Source: an uncultured Candidatus Binatia bacterium
Lineage (GTDB): Bacteria; Desulfobacterota; Binatia; Bin18
DNA length: 64,000 nt
Assembly (NCBI GenBank): GCA_965214605.1
Contig: OZ243961.1
Span: forward strand, 544,001 to 608,000
Reading direction: 5' to 3'
The notes beneath the pieces were generated by a model, which did no database searches, was not told where the DNA came from, and worked only from the letters and a program-made list of their open reading frames with translations. Positions 21,436 to 31,323 of this stretch are shown in pieces; positions within the stretch are counted from its first letter, which is position 1, and every line of letters begins with the position of its first letter. The position numbers were made by a program, and so were the translations under genes.

Positions 21436-21939
21436 ATCTCCTTTGTGTCTTATCCATAAATTGGGGAATGTGGGCCGTCAAGTGCCGGTCAGACGTCCAC
21501 GCGAAGCCAACCGGCAGCGAGATCGCTGACATACCACGCTGTAACGAAGCGCTGGCCAGACCAAGGCTTGCAGCGGAGTGCTCGTCCAGGTTGTGACATA
21601 CGCCATAAAGGCGATTGTGACCACCACGGTCCACTCTCAGAGGACACAGCATGGTACAGGCGAGCAGAGAGACCATAGATCGCTGATCGGTGATAGCGCC
21701 CAGCACAGGCCCTATAGCCAGCTCATCCCTACGCCGCACCTGCGGAAGGAGAGGTAGAGGTCGAACACCGGAAAACCGGTCCAGGCAACCACCATAAAGA
21801 GAAGAGGTAGGTTGGGATCGCTGGAACGTACCAGCAGAACGAGGACGAGGCATCCCACGGTGCGCGACCGCATCCACCATCCGGCGTACGGCTATGCCGA
21901 ACCTCTTCTCGGCCACACATAACGCCCTTGTCCGCAAGC

Positions 21940-23340
21940 TTAGCGGGGCGGCCGGCACTTCCAGTAGTAGTGGTGCATGGTCGCGCCTTCTTTGCGCCGT
22001 CGTAGGCTGAGGACGACGCTGTCGCCGACACGCACGTCCTCGGGATCTACGTCGGTCATTTGGCTATACAGACGGCCGCCCCCGTCAAGATCAACCACAC
22101 TCATAATCGTCGGAGAATCTGCAGTGTGGTACAGATGGTCTCGGGTGAAGGTGAAGATATGGCCACTGCGGGACAGTGGGACTTCTTGTAGAGAGTCGTG
22201 ATTATGGCAGGCAATGCAAATGCGAGCGATGGGATACTGCTTGGTGCCGCAGCGCGGACACTGCGAGCCGTACAGGCGGACGTTTTGTTTGTCTTCTTTG
22301 GCCAAAAAGACGTTCGATAGCTCAGGGCCGTCCTGGTGCTCGGCGTAATACGTCCGCATCTTCTTAAAGATCTGGTAGGAAGGGTAGAGGCGCTTCTCAC
22401 TCAGATGATCGGAGACAGACTGAGCGGAAACACGCATTCTCATGTTCTCGGTCGCCCGTAACACGAAACCGTCCGCTCCGTCACCATACCCCAGTAACAC
22501 CAGACGGTCTCCGGCCTGAGCGCTCTCCAGAGCGGCGGCCAACAACAAAAACGGTGCGGCACTGCCGCACGCGCCGACCTGGCTGAACAGCGGGTCTTGG
22601 ATTTGTGCGTCTTGAAAGCCTAGCTTTTTAGCCGCGCCAATATGTGCCCGCCCGTCTGGGGAGGGCAGAATCAGCTTGGCACAGTCCTGAGCCTGGATAT
22701 CAAGAGAGTGCAACAACCTTGTGCCAACGGCGACGACACTGGCCTGATAGCCCCGTTCAGAGCTAAAGCGCGATGTCTGGGTTTGGATAAAATCGTCGGT
22801 ATCACGCCGCCATTCGTCTAGAAAATCGTCCGACCGTGAAGCCGTGCTAAGAATTTCCGCGATCACACCTTCGCGGCCAAGCGTGACCGCACTGCCCGCG
22901 TCACCAAACCAGTCTTCTTCACCTTCACCGGGCTGTCCGTCGCGGACCTCGCCGGCGGCGATCAAAACCTGCGACAGGCGTCCGCTACCAAGAGCGTCTA
23001 GGCCAGCGCGGAGGGCGGTTGTGGCCGAACGCAGACTAGCGCCAAAATCGGCCGTTTCGCATTCCGGCCGCAGATCGCAGGCCGCGGCCAGAAAGCTGGC
23101 CGAAGAACGCTGGCGGAATGGAGCCGAGCTAGAGGCAAAGTACACTCCGTCGATACCGGTCTTGCCGCTGTCCTCAAGACAACGCTGGGCGGCTTCCACA
23201 CCCAGCGTTAGCGCGTCCTCATCAAAATAAATTGCTGCACGCTCACCCCGGCCAGAATGACGCGCCCAGGCGTGGCCGACCTGCTCCCGTTCTAAGCGAA
23301 AAAAAGGGACGTGGTACCCACAGCTGGTAATGCCGATCAT
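21940..23340 (-). CDS. HMG-CoA synthase/FabH-like domain fused to Zn-ribbon OB-fold (DUF35-type) domain
   Basis: DEDALTLGVEAA, GDAGSA, GYGDGAD thiolase-fold motifs; C-terminal CPRC...CIAC and OB-fold; no Cys at the usual condensing-enzyme position (DFGASLRS). Confidence 0.85.
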   Translation of the reverse strand: MIGITSCGYHVPFFRLEREQVGHAWARHSGRGERAAIYFDEDALTLGVEAAQRCLEDSGKTGIDGVYFASSSAPFRQRSSASFLAAACDLRPECETADFGASLRSATTALRAGLDALGSGRLSQVLIAAGEVRDGQPGEGEEDWFGDAGSAVTLGREGVIAEILSTASRSDDFLDEWRRDTDDFIQTQTSRFSSERGYQASVVAVGTRLLHSLDIQAQDCAKLILPSPDGRAHIGAAKKLGFQDAQIQDPLFSQVGACGSAAPFLLLAAALESAQAGDRLVLLGYGDGADGFVLRATENMRMRVSAQSVSDHLSEKRLYPSYQIFKKMRTYYAEHQDGPELSNVFLAKEDKQNVRLYGSQCPRCGTKQYPIARICIACHNHDSLQEVPLSRSGHIFTFTRDHLYHTADSPTIMSVVDLDGGGRLYSQMTDVDPEDVRVGDSVVLSLRRRKEGATMHHYYWKCRPPR

Positions 23341-23444
23341 GATCGTGCCTTACGGCGGCGTGCCATATTTAGCCCCCCGTTGGGCTCAGGTCTCAAAAGA
23401 TATCGGCGCTCTCTTCCCTCCTCATGGGGAACGCCCCGATTTCT

Positions 23445-23906
23445 TCAGCTCACAGCCGCCTCTTTTTTACGCAGCATACCAGCCCGCCGACAGCGCATAA
23501 CCACCTCTCCCCGTTGGTTGGTAGCCCGGTGCTCGAACATCACAACACCCCACTGCGGGCGTGACTTGGATGCGCGCTTTTCCACTACCTCGGTCTCTGC
23601 GTACAGCGTATCGCCGATAAAGACCGGCTTGGGAAACTTCACCTCTTCGAAACCAAGATTGCCGACCGTCGTGCCCAGGGTGGTATCTCCGACCGACAGG
23701 CCAACCGTGAGGCCAAGGGTAAACAGGCTGTTGACAAGCCGCTGGCCGAACTCGGCCTTCTTGGAAAATTCCTCGTCGAGGTGCAGGGGCTGAGGGTTCA
23801 TCGTCATGGTCGTAAATAGCAGGTTGTCGGTCTCGGTAATTGTTCGTCCCGGCTGGTGGTGGAAGACATCCCCAACGTTGAGTTCCTCAAAATGTTTGCC
23901 TGCCAT
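23445..23906 (-). CDS. MaoC family dehydratase
   Basis: [26 protein letters not shown]; AAGGAGG RBS. Confidence 0.92.
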   Translation of the reverse strand: MAGKHFEELNVGDVFHHQPGRTITETDNLLFTTMTMNPQPLHLDEEFSKKAEFGQRLVNSLFTLGLTVGLSVGDTTLGTTVGNLGFEEVKFPKPVFIGDTLYAETEVVEKRASKSRPQWGVVMFEHRATNQRGEVVMRCRRAGMLRKKEAAVS

Positions 23907-23962
23907 AGGGTCCTCCTTACCAGATGTGCTGGGCAATGCGGGGTCCGTGCTTGATCTGCACT

Positions 23963-25117
23963 TCAGTGGACGGACAACCGCTTCTGATACCAAATCCTTC
24001 CGTCTTTAACCGTCAGCTGGTTCACGAGCCGCTGCCGACCGATCATATGGTTTTGGTCGGTATCAACGAAATCAAACTCGCCGTCTTCTAAGCGGAACAC
24101 CGCAATATCGGCGATGGCCCCGGGCTTAAGCGTCCCGATACGACCCGCCTCACCGAGCACCCGGGCCGGATTCGCCGTGGTGCGGACAATGACGTCCTCC
24201 AAGCTCATGCCCAGATTCAAGAGCTTGGACATGGTCGTCGGCAGGTCAAACACCGGCCCTCTGGTCGCGCTGCTCAGGGTCAGGTCGGTCGCGATTGTAT
24301 CGGGATAAAAGCCGGCATCCAACACCTGTTTGACAAACGGAAAGGGAAAATGCATACGACCATGGGCGCAGTCAAAGAGAATCCCCTCTTTTTGCGCATC
24401 CCAGACTTCTCTCAAAATCGCTTTTTTATCGGCCCCCATAATGCCGTGGGTATAGCGATGAAAACAGTGGGTGACAACATCGCCAGGTTTCATGAACGAC
24501 AGGATTTGCGGAATTGGCAACAGGGCATCGGTGATATGGACCATCAGCGGTACCTCAGCCATATCGGCTGCCTGGCGGGCTAGGCGCAGCGGCTCGGTCC
24601 CTGCAGAATCGGGGACAACGTTGTTGCTAAAGCGCAGCTTAACCCCAATGGCGAGGTCCCGATTGGCGCTGATCGTGCGTGCACAGCCCTCAGGGTCGGC
24701 ATAGGCCATGTGCATGAGTTCTCCAACCTGAAGATGAATCAAGCCTAAGGCCGAGAGGTGAACAAAGCACCGCAGCCGCACCTGGCTGCGGTCTGCAACC
24801 GATTGACGTAGTCCCGGAAAAGTCGCTGAACCGGCGCTTCCCGCGTCAATAATCGTCGTCACCCCACTTGCCGAGCAGCGCTGATCAGTTGCGCTCCCCA
24901 TATCATGAGCGTTGACAAAAACGTGGGCGTGCAAATCAATCAGGCCGGGACACACTAGCCCGCCGCTGACGTCTCGAACACGCACCGCTTCGGATTCGGG
25001 AATATCCGGCTGAACGGCGGCAATCCTGCCGTTGTGAATCGCGACGTCGGCTTTCCCCCGAAACGGCCAGCCTGGATCAATGACTTGACCGCCTTTGAGT
25101 ACCAAGTCGTAGGCCAT
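23963..25117 (-). CDS. Amidohydrolase/deacetylase-family metallohydrolase
   Basis: [28 protein letters not shown]. Confidence 0.9.
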   Translation of the reverse strand: MAYDLVLKGGQVIDPGWPFRGKADVAIHNGRIAAVQPDIPESEAVRVRDVSGGLVCPGLIDLHAHVFVNAHDMGSATDQRCSASGVTTIIDAGSAGSATFPGLRQSVADRSQVRLRCFVHLSALGLIHLQVGELMHMAYADPEGCARTISANRDLAIGVKLRFSNNVVPDSAGTEPLRLARQAADMAEVPLMVHITDALLPIPQILSFMKPGDVVTHCFHRYTHGIMGADKKAILREVWDAQKEGILFDCAHGRMHFPFPFVKQVLDAGFYPDTIATDLTLSSATRGPVFDLPTTMSKLLNLGMSLEDVIVRTTANPARVLGEAGRIGTLKPGAIADIAVFRLEDGEFDFVDTDQNHMIGRQRLVNQLTVKDGRIWYQKRLSVH

Positions 25118-25148
25118 AGCGTCCTCTTTTTTCGGTGCTTGCACGCGG

Positions 25149-25787
25149 TTATTTTGCCTGCCAGGTGTTGTGGTGGACAAGCTTGTGGATGGGGATCTTT
25201 GGATTGGACGGTTTGCTAGGTCGCTGGGCAGGATAGCCAATCGTGATCAGGCCAACCGGCCGCACTTGATCGGGCAGGCCCAAGATTTTTGCCACTTCGA
25301 CCGGGTTATAGGCTCCCACAAAACAGGCGCCTAAGCCCTGTTCCACAACGCCCAGCAAAATGAGTAACGAGGCAAACGCGGTATCGACCAGACTATAGAA
25401 GTTTCCCCGGCTACCATAGCGTTTTCCCATGCGCTGTGTGTCGGCACAGGTCGCAATAATCAGCGGAGCGGTCGCCACCGAGGTCTGGCCGAAAGCCGCG
25501 GTAGCCAGCTGAGCACGCACCTCGGGATCTTGGACAAGGATGAACTCCCAAGGCTGGAGATTGCCCGCACTTGGCGCCCGAACCGCATACTCAAGCAGGC
25601 GTTGTACAAGCTCTTCTGGAACCGGCTCACCCGTGTAGGCCCGAATCATCGCCCGGCGTGTAACAACCGAGGCGAAGGAGGGCGACTCAGCGGATATAGA
25701 TTCAGCCGCCTCAGCTTTGGCCTGGGCCAATACAAGCGCGGCCCCGGTGCTTTGGAGCAGCTTGCGACGGGAGACTTTGAGTGGCAC
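25149..25787 (-). CDS. Nitroreductase family protein with predicted Tat signal
   Basis: RRAMIRAY, APSAGNLQPWEF, GLGACFVG, IGYP; N-terminal SRRKLLQ + hydrophobic stretch + AEA; GTG start at 25787 inferred from GAAGGA. Confidence 0.85.
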   Translation of the reverse strand: MPLKVSRRKLLQSTGAALVLAQAKAEAAESISAESPSFASVVTRRAMIRAYTGEPVPEELVQRLLEYAVRAPSAGNLQPWEFILVQDPEVRAQLATAAFGQTSVATAPLIIATCADTQRMGKRYGSRGNFYSLVDTAFASLLILLGVVEQGLGACFVGAYNPVEVAKILGLPDQVRPVGLITIGYPAQRPSKPSNPKIPIHKLVHHNTWQAK

Positions 25788-25849
25788 TGAAGCGTCCTTC
25801 TCGGGAAAACGCGGCTCGAGACGGCCGCGATACAATCGGCCTATAAGCC

Positions 25850-26926
25850 CTAGCGCCACACAAATCGTAGGACATTTCCCCCACCGGTCTGGGTGGCGCC
25901 AAGCTCAATCTTGGTCAACAGTTCCAGGCTCTCGGCATCAAAAACAGCGATATCGTGCCAGTTGCTGCCGCAGTATATCTTTGTGCCCTGGGGATGGATA
26001 AAGGGCATAAAATACGTATTCGGCAGCGGGCGGCTCTTTTCGATACGACGCGTCTGGAGATCGACCCGCCACAGAGTGTTGTAGGCAAAATAGGCTTTTC
26101 TGGTCGTGGGTGACAGCGCACCGGTCAGCACGTAGGATTCTGGGCTGAAGGGCTGGAGCTCAACCACCTCGACCTCGGGCTCGTCTTGGTTGAGGTCCAA
26201 AGAGGCAATGCCGATCGTGACCTGTCGGGTAATCGTGTCGGTCACAAACGCCCCAAAAGAGATCAAGTGGCCGTGCTCTTGATACGGGTTGCCCAAGGGC
26301 AGCCCGTCAGTCCGCCCGACCCCGGTAATATTCCGATTCAGCAGCGGTAGGCTATCGACCTGCTCCCCGGTTTCGGTATCGTACACAAAGATATCCTGGC
26401 CAACACTGAAGACGTACAGCTGTTTGCCGTCTTTGGACGAGGCCAGCGACATCACCTGGCGGGGAGCAGGAAAGGTGCGCAGGGTTTGCTGGGTGTTCAG
26501 ATCAATGACTCGGATACGGTTGTCGAGCGCCGTGTAACTGCCCGGCTCTTTTTTGAGCGGCATCTCGTGAATGAACAGCCGGTCGCCCTGAGCACTGGCG
26601 TCAATCGCCATTGTGCGGACTAGCTCGGTATCGCTAGAGAGCGAGAAGCTCGTGACCTGCTTGCCCTCATCAAGGTCGACCATGGCGACGCTCTGTGACA
26701 AATTGTTCACCACATAGGCGTACTGCGGATGAGCAGGATTGGGCGCGATGTTGAGGGCCGGACCACGGCCTTCGAGGGCAATATTTTGCACCACCTCATC
26801 GGTCTCAGTATCAATCACAACCAGATTGTTGGGATGGACTGAGGCTAACAGATACCAGTTTGCCTGGGCCATATGGGGAAGGCCGACAAGTATGAGGCAC
26901 AGCAGCAAAGCCTGACAAAAGCGCAT
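25850..26926 (-). CDS. qhpB: Quinohemoprotein amine dehydrogenase beta subunit (beta-propeller)
   Basis: Signal peptide, HPNNLVVIDTET start, FPAPRQV, YVTN-like propeller blades; directly after qhpC; alternative start GTG 26944. Confidence 0.85.
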   Translation of the reverse strand: MRFCQALLLCLILVGLPHMAQANWYLLASVHPNNLVVIDTETDEVVQNIALEGRGPALNIAPNPAHPQYAYVVNNLSQSVAMVDLDEGKQVTSFSLSSDTELVRTMAIDASAQGDRLFIHEMPLKKEPGSYTALDNRIRVIDLNTQQTLRTFPAPRQVMSLASSKDGKQLYVFSVGQDIFVYDTETGEQVDSLPLLNRNITGVGRTDGLPLGNPYQEHGHLISFGAFVTDTITRQVTIGIASLDLNQDEPEVEVVELQPFSPESYVLTGALSPTTRKAYFAYNTLWRVDLQTRRIEKSRPLPNTYFMPFIHPQGTKIYCGSNWHDIAVFDAESLELLTKIELGATQTGGGNVLRFVWR

Positions 26927-26967
26927 CCAATTCCTTCTTCGCACGACCTCGCCCTCACCCGACCGGT

Positions 26968-27291
26968 CTAGTCGATTTTCGGAAAGACGACTTCCAGGCT
27001 CCTCCAGTCTTCCTGGGTCGAGCCTGAACAGGCTTTGGCCCACTCCGGGGTATTCTGCAAACTATCCGGCACCTGGGCCGGCCACCAACACACATTGGCA
27101 CAGCTCAGCAGGTCAGCCTCAACCGGGGCACACATACTGCTTGTCCCGCCCCAGGGATTGGCCTCCCAGCCGGGGTTAAAGATCGTCGTGCAGCCGACCG
27201 GCTGGTTCATCCCAATAACATCGTCCTGCTCTTGGGCTTGGACCGCCTCAACCCGTTCAGCCTTTTGGTTGCGTGGCTTAAGGTGTTTCAT
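26968..27291 (-). CDS. qhpC: Quinohemoprotein amine dehydrogenase gamma subunit (CTQ precursor peptide)
   Basis: Leader MKHLKPRNQKA...; core MNQPVGCTTIFNPGWE...CAPVEADLLSCANVCWWPAQVPD...DWRSLEVVFP with Cys7/Glu16, Cys27/Asp33, Cys41/Asp49, Cys37/Trp43 spacing. Confidence 0.95.
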   Translation of the reverse strand: MKHLKPRNQKAERVEAVQAQEQDDVIGMNQPVGCTTIFNPGWEANPWGGTSSMCAPVEADLLSCANVCWWPAQVPDSLQNTPEWAKACSGSTQEDWRSLEVVFPKID

Positions 27292-27346
27292 TGGCATCTC
27301 CTTACGCTTGCCCCTAGGCCTTTCCGTTCAGCTTTCAACATTCTCT

Positions 27347-28807
27347 TCACGTCAGCTCCTTAGGCGCGTCTCCCCTCCCCCGCAGCACGTAGTGCTCTAC
27401 AAAGCCGGGGGTCTTGCGCTCCAACTCCATATAGACCCTGATGCCGTGCTCTGTCCAGGCTCTCAGAAAGTCACAGTAGTGCAGGTTGGGGTGTAAGGCG
27501 TCGCCAAACTGGGTCATGGCCTCATGATAACACCCGCCACCACACAGCCCACGCACCCAGCAGGTCTGACACACCGTTTTGTTGCCCAGGTGGGCCTTGT
27601 TCACAAAGGCATTCAGCCGGTCATAGGCCAGCCCGTCTCTCACGTTGCCGTGTTTATGCTCCTCGCTGCCGGGGAAACGATGGCACAGATAGACGTCGCC
27701 ATTGCCGTCCACATCCAGCAGTCCCAGCCCAGCACCACACGGGAAAAACTTGTTAGTCCCGACATGGATATCGGTCAACAGGGTGCTCAGATTAGCGAAA
27801 CCAGTATAGCGGCCCTGTATGGCTCGCTCGACGTATAGGCCGCTGAGCTGTCGAAAACCGGCCAACACCTCGTGCAAGTCTGCCGGCTCTAAACCGTAGT
27901 CCGTGCCATTGGTGGACGTAACCGGAGAAAACCCGACCTCAAAAAATCCCAAGCCAGTCAGGTGTTCGTACGTCCGCATAATATCGATCGCGTCTTTCGT
28001 CACAGTGACCCGCGCCACCACCGGGCGGGCAGTATAGCGCTCGAACAGACGCTCCAAGCGGGGCGCCAGCACCTGGTAGGAGCCTTTGCGTTGTCCCGTG
28101 GCGGTCACAAATGAGCGCCGTTTGTCGTGCAAATCCGGCGGGCCATCAATACTGATTGTGATACCAAAGCGATAATCCTGAAAAAAATCAATGACACCAT
28201 CGGTCAGCAACGTGCCGTTGGTGGTAATAGAAAAATCGACCCGTTTGTCTTCGGCCCGGGCTTTTTGCTCGGCATAGGTCACGACTTGACGCATCAGTTT
28301 GAAGTTCAGTAGGGCCTCGCCACCAAAAAAAATCAGGTTGACATCCCGACTCTGGCCCGACTTTTGGAACAGAAAATCGACGCTAGCCTGAGCCGTCGAC
28401 CAGTTCATCTGGACCGGTGTGGGGCCGTATTTGGCCTCGTCCGGCTCATAACAGTAGGTACAGTGCAGGTTACATTTATTGGCAACATTGATGACCACCG
28501 AGCTGACCGGAAACCGTTCAACATCTAGCTGGGGAATCGATAGTGGTGAGGTCGGCGGATCGGTCTCAAAGATGTCCAAGCGGATAAACTCCCGGACCGT
28601 TTCGGCAATCTCCTCAGCCGAAAACCGGTCGGCCAGCGCAGCGATCAGCTGCTCAAGGCTGCACGCCGGTCGGACCTGGCCGTAGTGCAGGACTGCCTCA
28701 CACACCGCATCCATCTCAAACAGAGCCATGCTCTTGGCCGCAACCAAGACGTCCCCCGACTCCGTAGCGAGGGGATAGGCGTTTTCGGGATGGAATCGCA
28801 GCTGCAT
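27347..28807 (-). CDS. qhpD: Radical SAM/SPASM thioether-forming maturase
   Basis: CNLHCTYC, FFGGEAL, CGAG...CHRF, CQTCWVRGLCGGGCYHE; between alpha and gamma genes. Confidence 0.93.
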   Translation of the reverse strand: MQLRFHPENAYPLATESGDVLVAAKSMALFEMDAVCEAVLHYGQVRPACSLEQLIAALADRFSAEEIAETVREFIRLDIFETDPPTSPLSIPQLDVERFPVSSVVINVANKCNLHCTYCYEPDEAKYGPTPVQMNWSTAQASVDFLFQKSGQSRDVNLIFFGGEALLNFKLMRQVVTYAEQKARAEDKRVDFSITTNGTLLTDGVIDFFQDYRFGITISIDGPPDLHDKRRSFVTATGQRKGSYQVLAPRLERLFERYTARPVVARVTVTKDAIDIMRTYEHLTGLGFFEVGFSPVTSTNGTDYGLEPADLHEVLAGFRQLSGLYVERAIQGRYTGFANLSTLLTDIHVGTNKFFPCGAGLGLLDVDGNGDVYLCHRFPGSEEHKHGNVRDGLAYDRLNAFVNKAHLGNKTVCQTCWVRGLCGGGCYHEAMTQFGDALHPNLHYCDFLRAWTEHGIRVYMELERKTPGFVEHYVLRGRGDAPKELT

Positions 28808-28818
28808 ACTATCCGTCC

Positions 28819-30441
28819 TTACTCGATTGGCGGAAAGAGAAACCGGGGCGGCATGACGAGTAAATGCGCCCGTGCGCCAATTGAGCGTTTTGCGTTGGTG
28901 GGCTGATACCAGGCTTCGACCCACACATCGCCGACGTTACCCTCCAACATGCGCCGATCCGGGTTCGGACCGTCCAAGGCCGGGGTGAACAGCCCGGCTT
29001 GATCAAGCGTCCCAACAAACTTGACATCGTCGTCATTATTGCGCTTGACGTATTCTTCCAGCTGCCAGGTGACCGGCGTGATGCGGCCTAACTTCACATC
29101 ATCGGCCGTGCCTTTTTTGCCATCGGCCCCGTTGGTGTAGCCGTCCACCTCAAACTGCTGGAAAATCTTTGGCGCCCGCCCCCCACCCGGACGGGCAAAG
29201 CCATGTTCCGGGGAGAGCCGAATATAGTCGACCGTCTTATACACCGCCAGCCGGAGTTTGCTGCTCACTCCTCGAACATCGACATCCCTCCGGCCCGGTT
29301 CGGCCTGCGGGTCGACTGTCAGCTCAAGCACCAGGGTATCATCGGCCTGCTGACTCACAGATTGGACCGACACTCCAGCGCCCAAAGACACATCTTCGGC
29401 CCGCAGCCCTGGGGGCAGCTTGATGCCGAACAGCTTCAGCTTTGGCGCGCTGCCAGCCTGTAAGGCGGTCGGGATGCTCGTCAGCAACCGGGCCGGTCCA
29501 AGACTCCGATACCACGTCTCGGTCAAGGCCAGATCACCATAGGCGGTTAGCAGGCGCCGCCCCTTGATCCGTGTCCCGTCTTCGCTGGCAAAAAATATTT
29601 CTCTGTGGCTCGTCTGCGCCTCGCCTTCGCCCAGCTGAGCGAGACCGCGCCACTGAAAGCCGGTGTAGACAATCGCTGTCGTTCGGCCCGACAGCGTCAG
29701 ACCGTTCGAGAGTTCATAGCGAAAGCTCCCGCTGTACCGATCATCCTCTCCGGCTGTCAGCGTTAAACGACCCACATAAGCCCCGCCCCCGCCAGCATCG
29801 TGACCGACCACTTTCCACTCACCAGAATAGTCAGCCTTGGGTCGGGATTGCCAGTTGGTCCACGCGTCTGTGCGAAAAGGCAGAGCCTTGACCAAATAGG
29901 GCACGGCCTGCTGCTTGGCGTAATCGTACCAAAAGGTCCGGAGCAGCCCGGCCGAGACTGTTTCGTTTTCGATATTCGGCAGCAGGGCCAGTTTCGCGTC
30001 AATCAAGCGCTCCCACTCTTGGGCGGTTCGGCCTTGGAGGGCGGTTCGGGCGTAGGAGTGGCACTGCACACAGCCGGCTTGCAGAGCCGCTGGCACGTCC
30101 TGGCTGGTAACAGTATGATCACGGGCCAGAATAGGCTGAAAAGGCGCGACCTCGGCTGGCGCCAGGCCATACAGATCACTCAGGTATTTGACCAGGGTAC
30201 GGGCTTCGCCAGCTTGGAGTTCGACCTGGTGAGTCAACACCATGCGCGAGATGGTCATCTCCCAGCCTTCCGGGGTTTTACGCTGGAACTCAATCGCGTC
30301 AAATTTACCGTCGGATTGGCGTGGGACATGACAGCCCGAGCAGCGGTCTTCCAAAATCGTCCGTGCAGCGTCCGCTTGACCCCAAGCCTGCAAGGGGGCC
30401 AAGAGCAGACAGCACATGGTAATGAGGAGCGGTATTTTCAT
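28819..30441 (-). CDS. qhpA: Quinohemoprotein amine dehydrogenase alpha subunit (diheme c)
   Basis: Signal peptide, CSGCH and CVQCH, QRKTPEGWEMTISRM, GADGKKGTADD, FTPALDGPNP. Confidence 0.95.
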   Translation of the reverse strand: MKIPLLITMCCLLLAPLQAWGQADAARTILEDRCSGCHVPRQSDGKFDAIEFQRKTPEGWEMTISRMVLTHQVELQAGEARTLVKYLSDLYGLAPAEVAPFQPILARDHTVTSQDVPAALQAGCVQCHSYARTALQGRTAQEWERLIDAKLALLPNIENETVSAGLLRTFWYDYAKQQAVPYLVKALPFRTDAWTNWQSRPKADYSGEWKVVGHDAGGGGAYVGRLTLTAGEDDRYSGSFRYELSNGLTLSGRTTAIVYTGFQWRGLAQLGEGEAQTSHREIFFASEDGTRIKGRRLLTAYGDLALTETWYRSLGPARLLTSIPTALQAGSAPKLKLFGIKLPPGLRAEDVSLGAGVSVQSVSQQADDTLVLELTVDPQAEPGRRDVDVRGVSSKLRLAVYKTVDYIRLSPEHGFARPGGGRAPKIFQQFEVDGYTNGADGKKGTADDVKLGRITPVTWQLEEYVKRNNDDDVKFVGTLDQAGLFTPALDGPNPDRRMLEGNVGDVWVEAWYQPTNAKRSIGARAHLLVMPPRFLFPPIE

Positions 30442-30586
30442 GTCGTGAGTCTCTTTGTCACAGTTCGGACTGGTAATCTTACACCCAGCGGCCGAGCTTT
30501 GAAAGACTCTAAGACAAGGGGGGAGCAACGCGTCTTGCCGCCGCTCCGGCTTGTTGCTAGGACAGAAGCGACACGACGAGAAGGCG

Positions 30587-31306
30587 ATGGGCGCAGTGGA
30601 TCACAAACCTGACCTCAGCCAGGCCACCGGAGCGGGTGTTCGCGTTGCCCTGATCGACAGTGGTATTAACGCTACACACTCCCATGTGGGGTCAGTTGCC
30701 GGTGGAGTGGGCTTTTGGATAGCCGACGACGGAACGGTCCAGGAAAACGATGCCTACCCCGACCAACTTGGCCATGGGACTGCTCTGGCCGGGATTGTAC
30801 GGGCCAAAGCTCCTCAGGTTGAGCTGTACGCGGTCAAGATCTTCACCCAGCGGCTTGGCGCATCCATTAGGCTGCTCGAAGCCGGCCTAGGCTGGGCCAT
30901 TACCCAAAAGATCAAGATTATTAATCTGAGCCTAGGCACCAATAATCCGCAGCATCGGGAACGGCTGAGCTCGCTCCTTGGGCTGGCTCGGGCCGCAGGA
31001 TCCATCCTGGTCGCTGCCTCTCCACCAGGGCGAACCGACGTGTTGCCGGCCGCGCTGCCAGGGGTAATTGGAGTGGCCGGAGACGAACACTGCGGCTGGA
31101 ACGACTATCGTTACACAAACGACGACCCGATTCCTTTTCGTGCCCACTCCCAGCCTCGTCCGCTGCCTGGCTTACCCCAGGAGCGCAACTTCCAGGGCCA
31201 TAGCTTTGCCTCCGCCCATGTTTCGGCTAGGCTGGCTTTATTCGCTCAGACCCGTCCACAGCTCAGCCCGGAGGAGGCCCGCCAGTTCTTAACGCCCAAG
31301 GGCTGA
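30587..31306 (+). CDS. qhpE: Short subtilisin-like (S8) protease, QhpC leader peptidase
   Basis: VALIDSG, DQLGHGT, NLSLG, GHSFA triad; no signal peptide or propeptide; adjacent to qhpA. Confidence 0.85.
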   Translation: MGAVDHKPDLSQATGAGVRVALIDSGINATHSHVGSVAGGVGFWIADDGTVQENDAYPDQLGHGTALAGIVRAKAPQVELYAVKIFTQRLGASIRLLEAGLGWAITQKIKIINLSLGTNNPQHRERLSSLLGLARAAGSILVAASPPGRTDVLPAALPGVIGVAGDEHCGWNDYRYTNDDPIPFRAHSQPRPLPGLPQERNFQGHSFASAHVSARLALFAQTRPQLSPEEARQFLTPKG

Positions 31307-31323
31307 GCCCAGACCACACCCGC

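Noticed and set aside
21450-21935. Hydrophobic peptide fragments on the minus strand
   Set aside because: Possibly an eroded membrane-protein gene but too broken to assign
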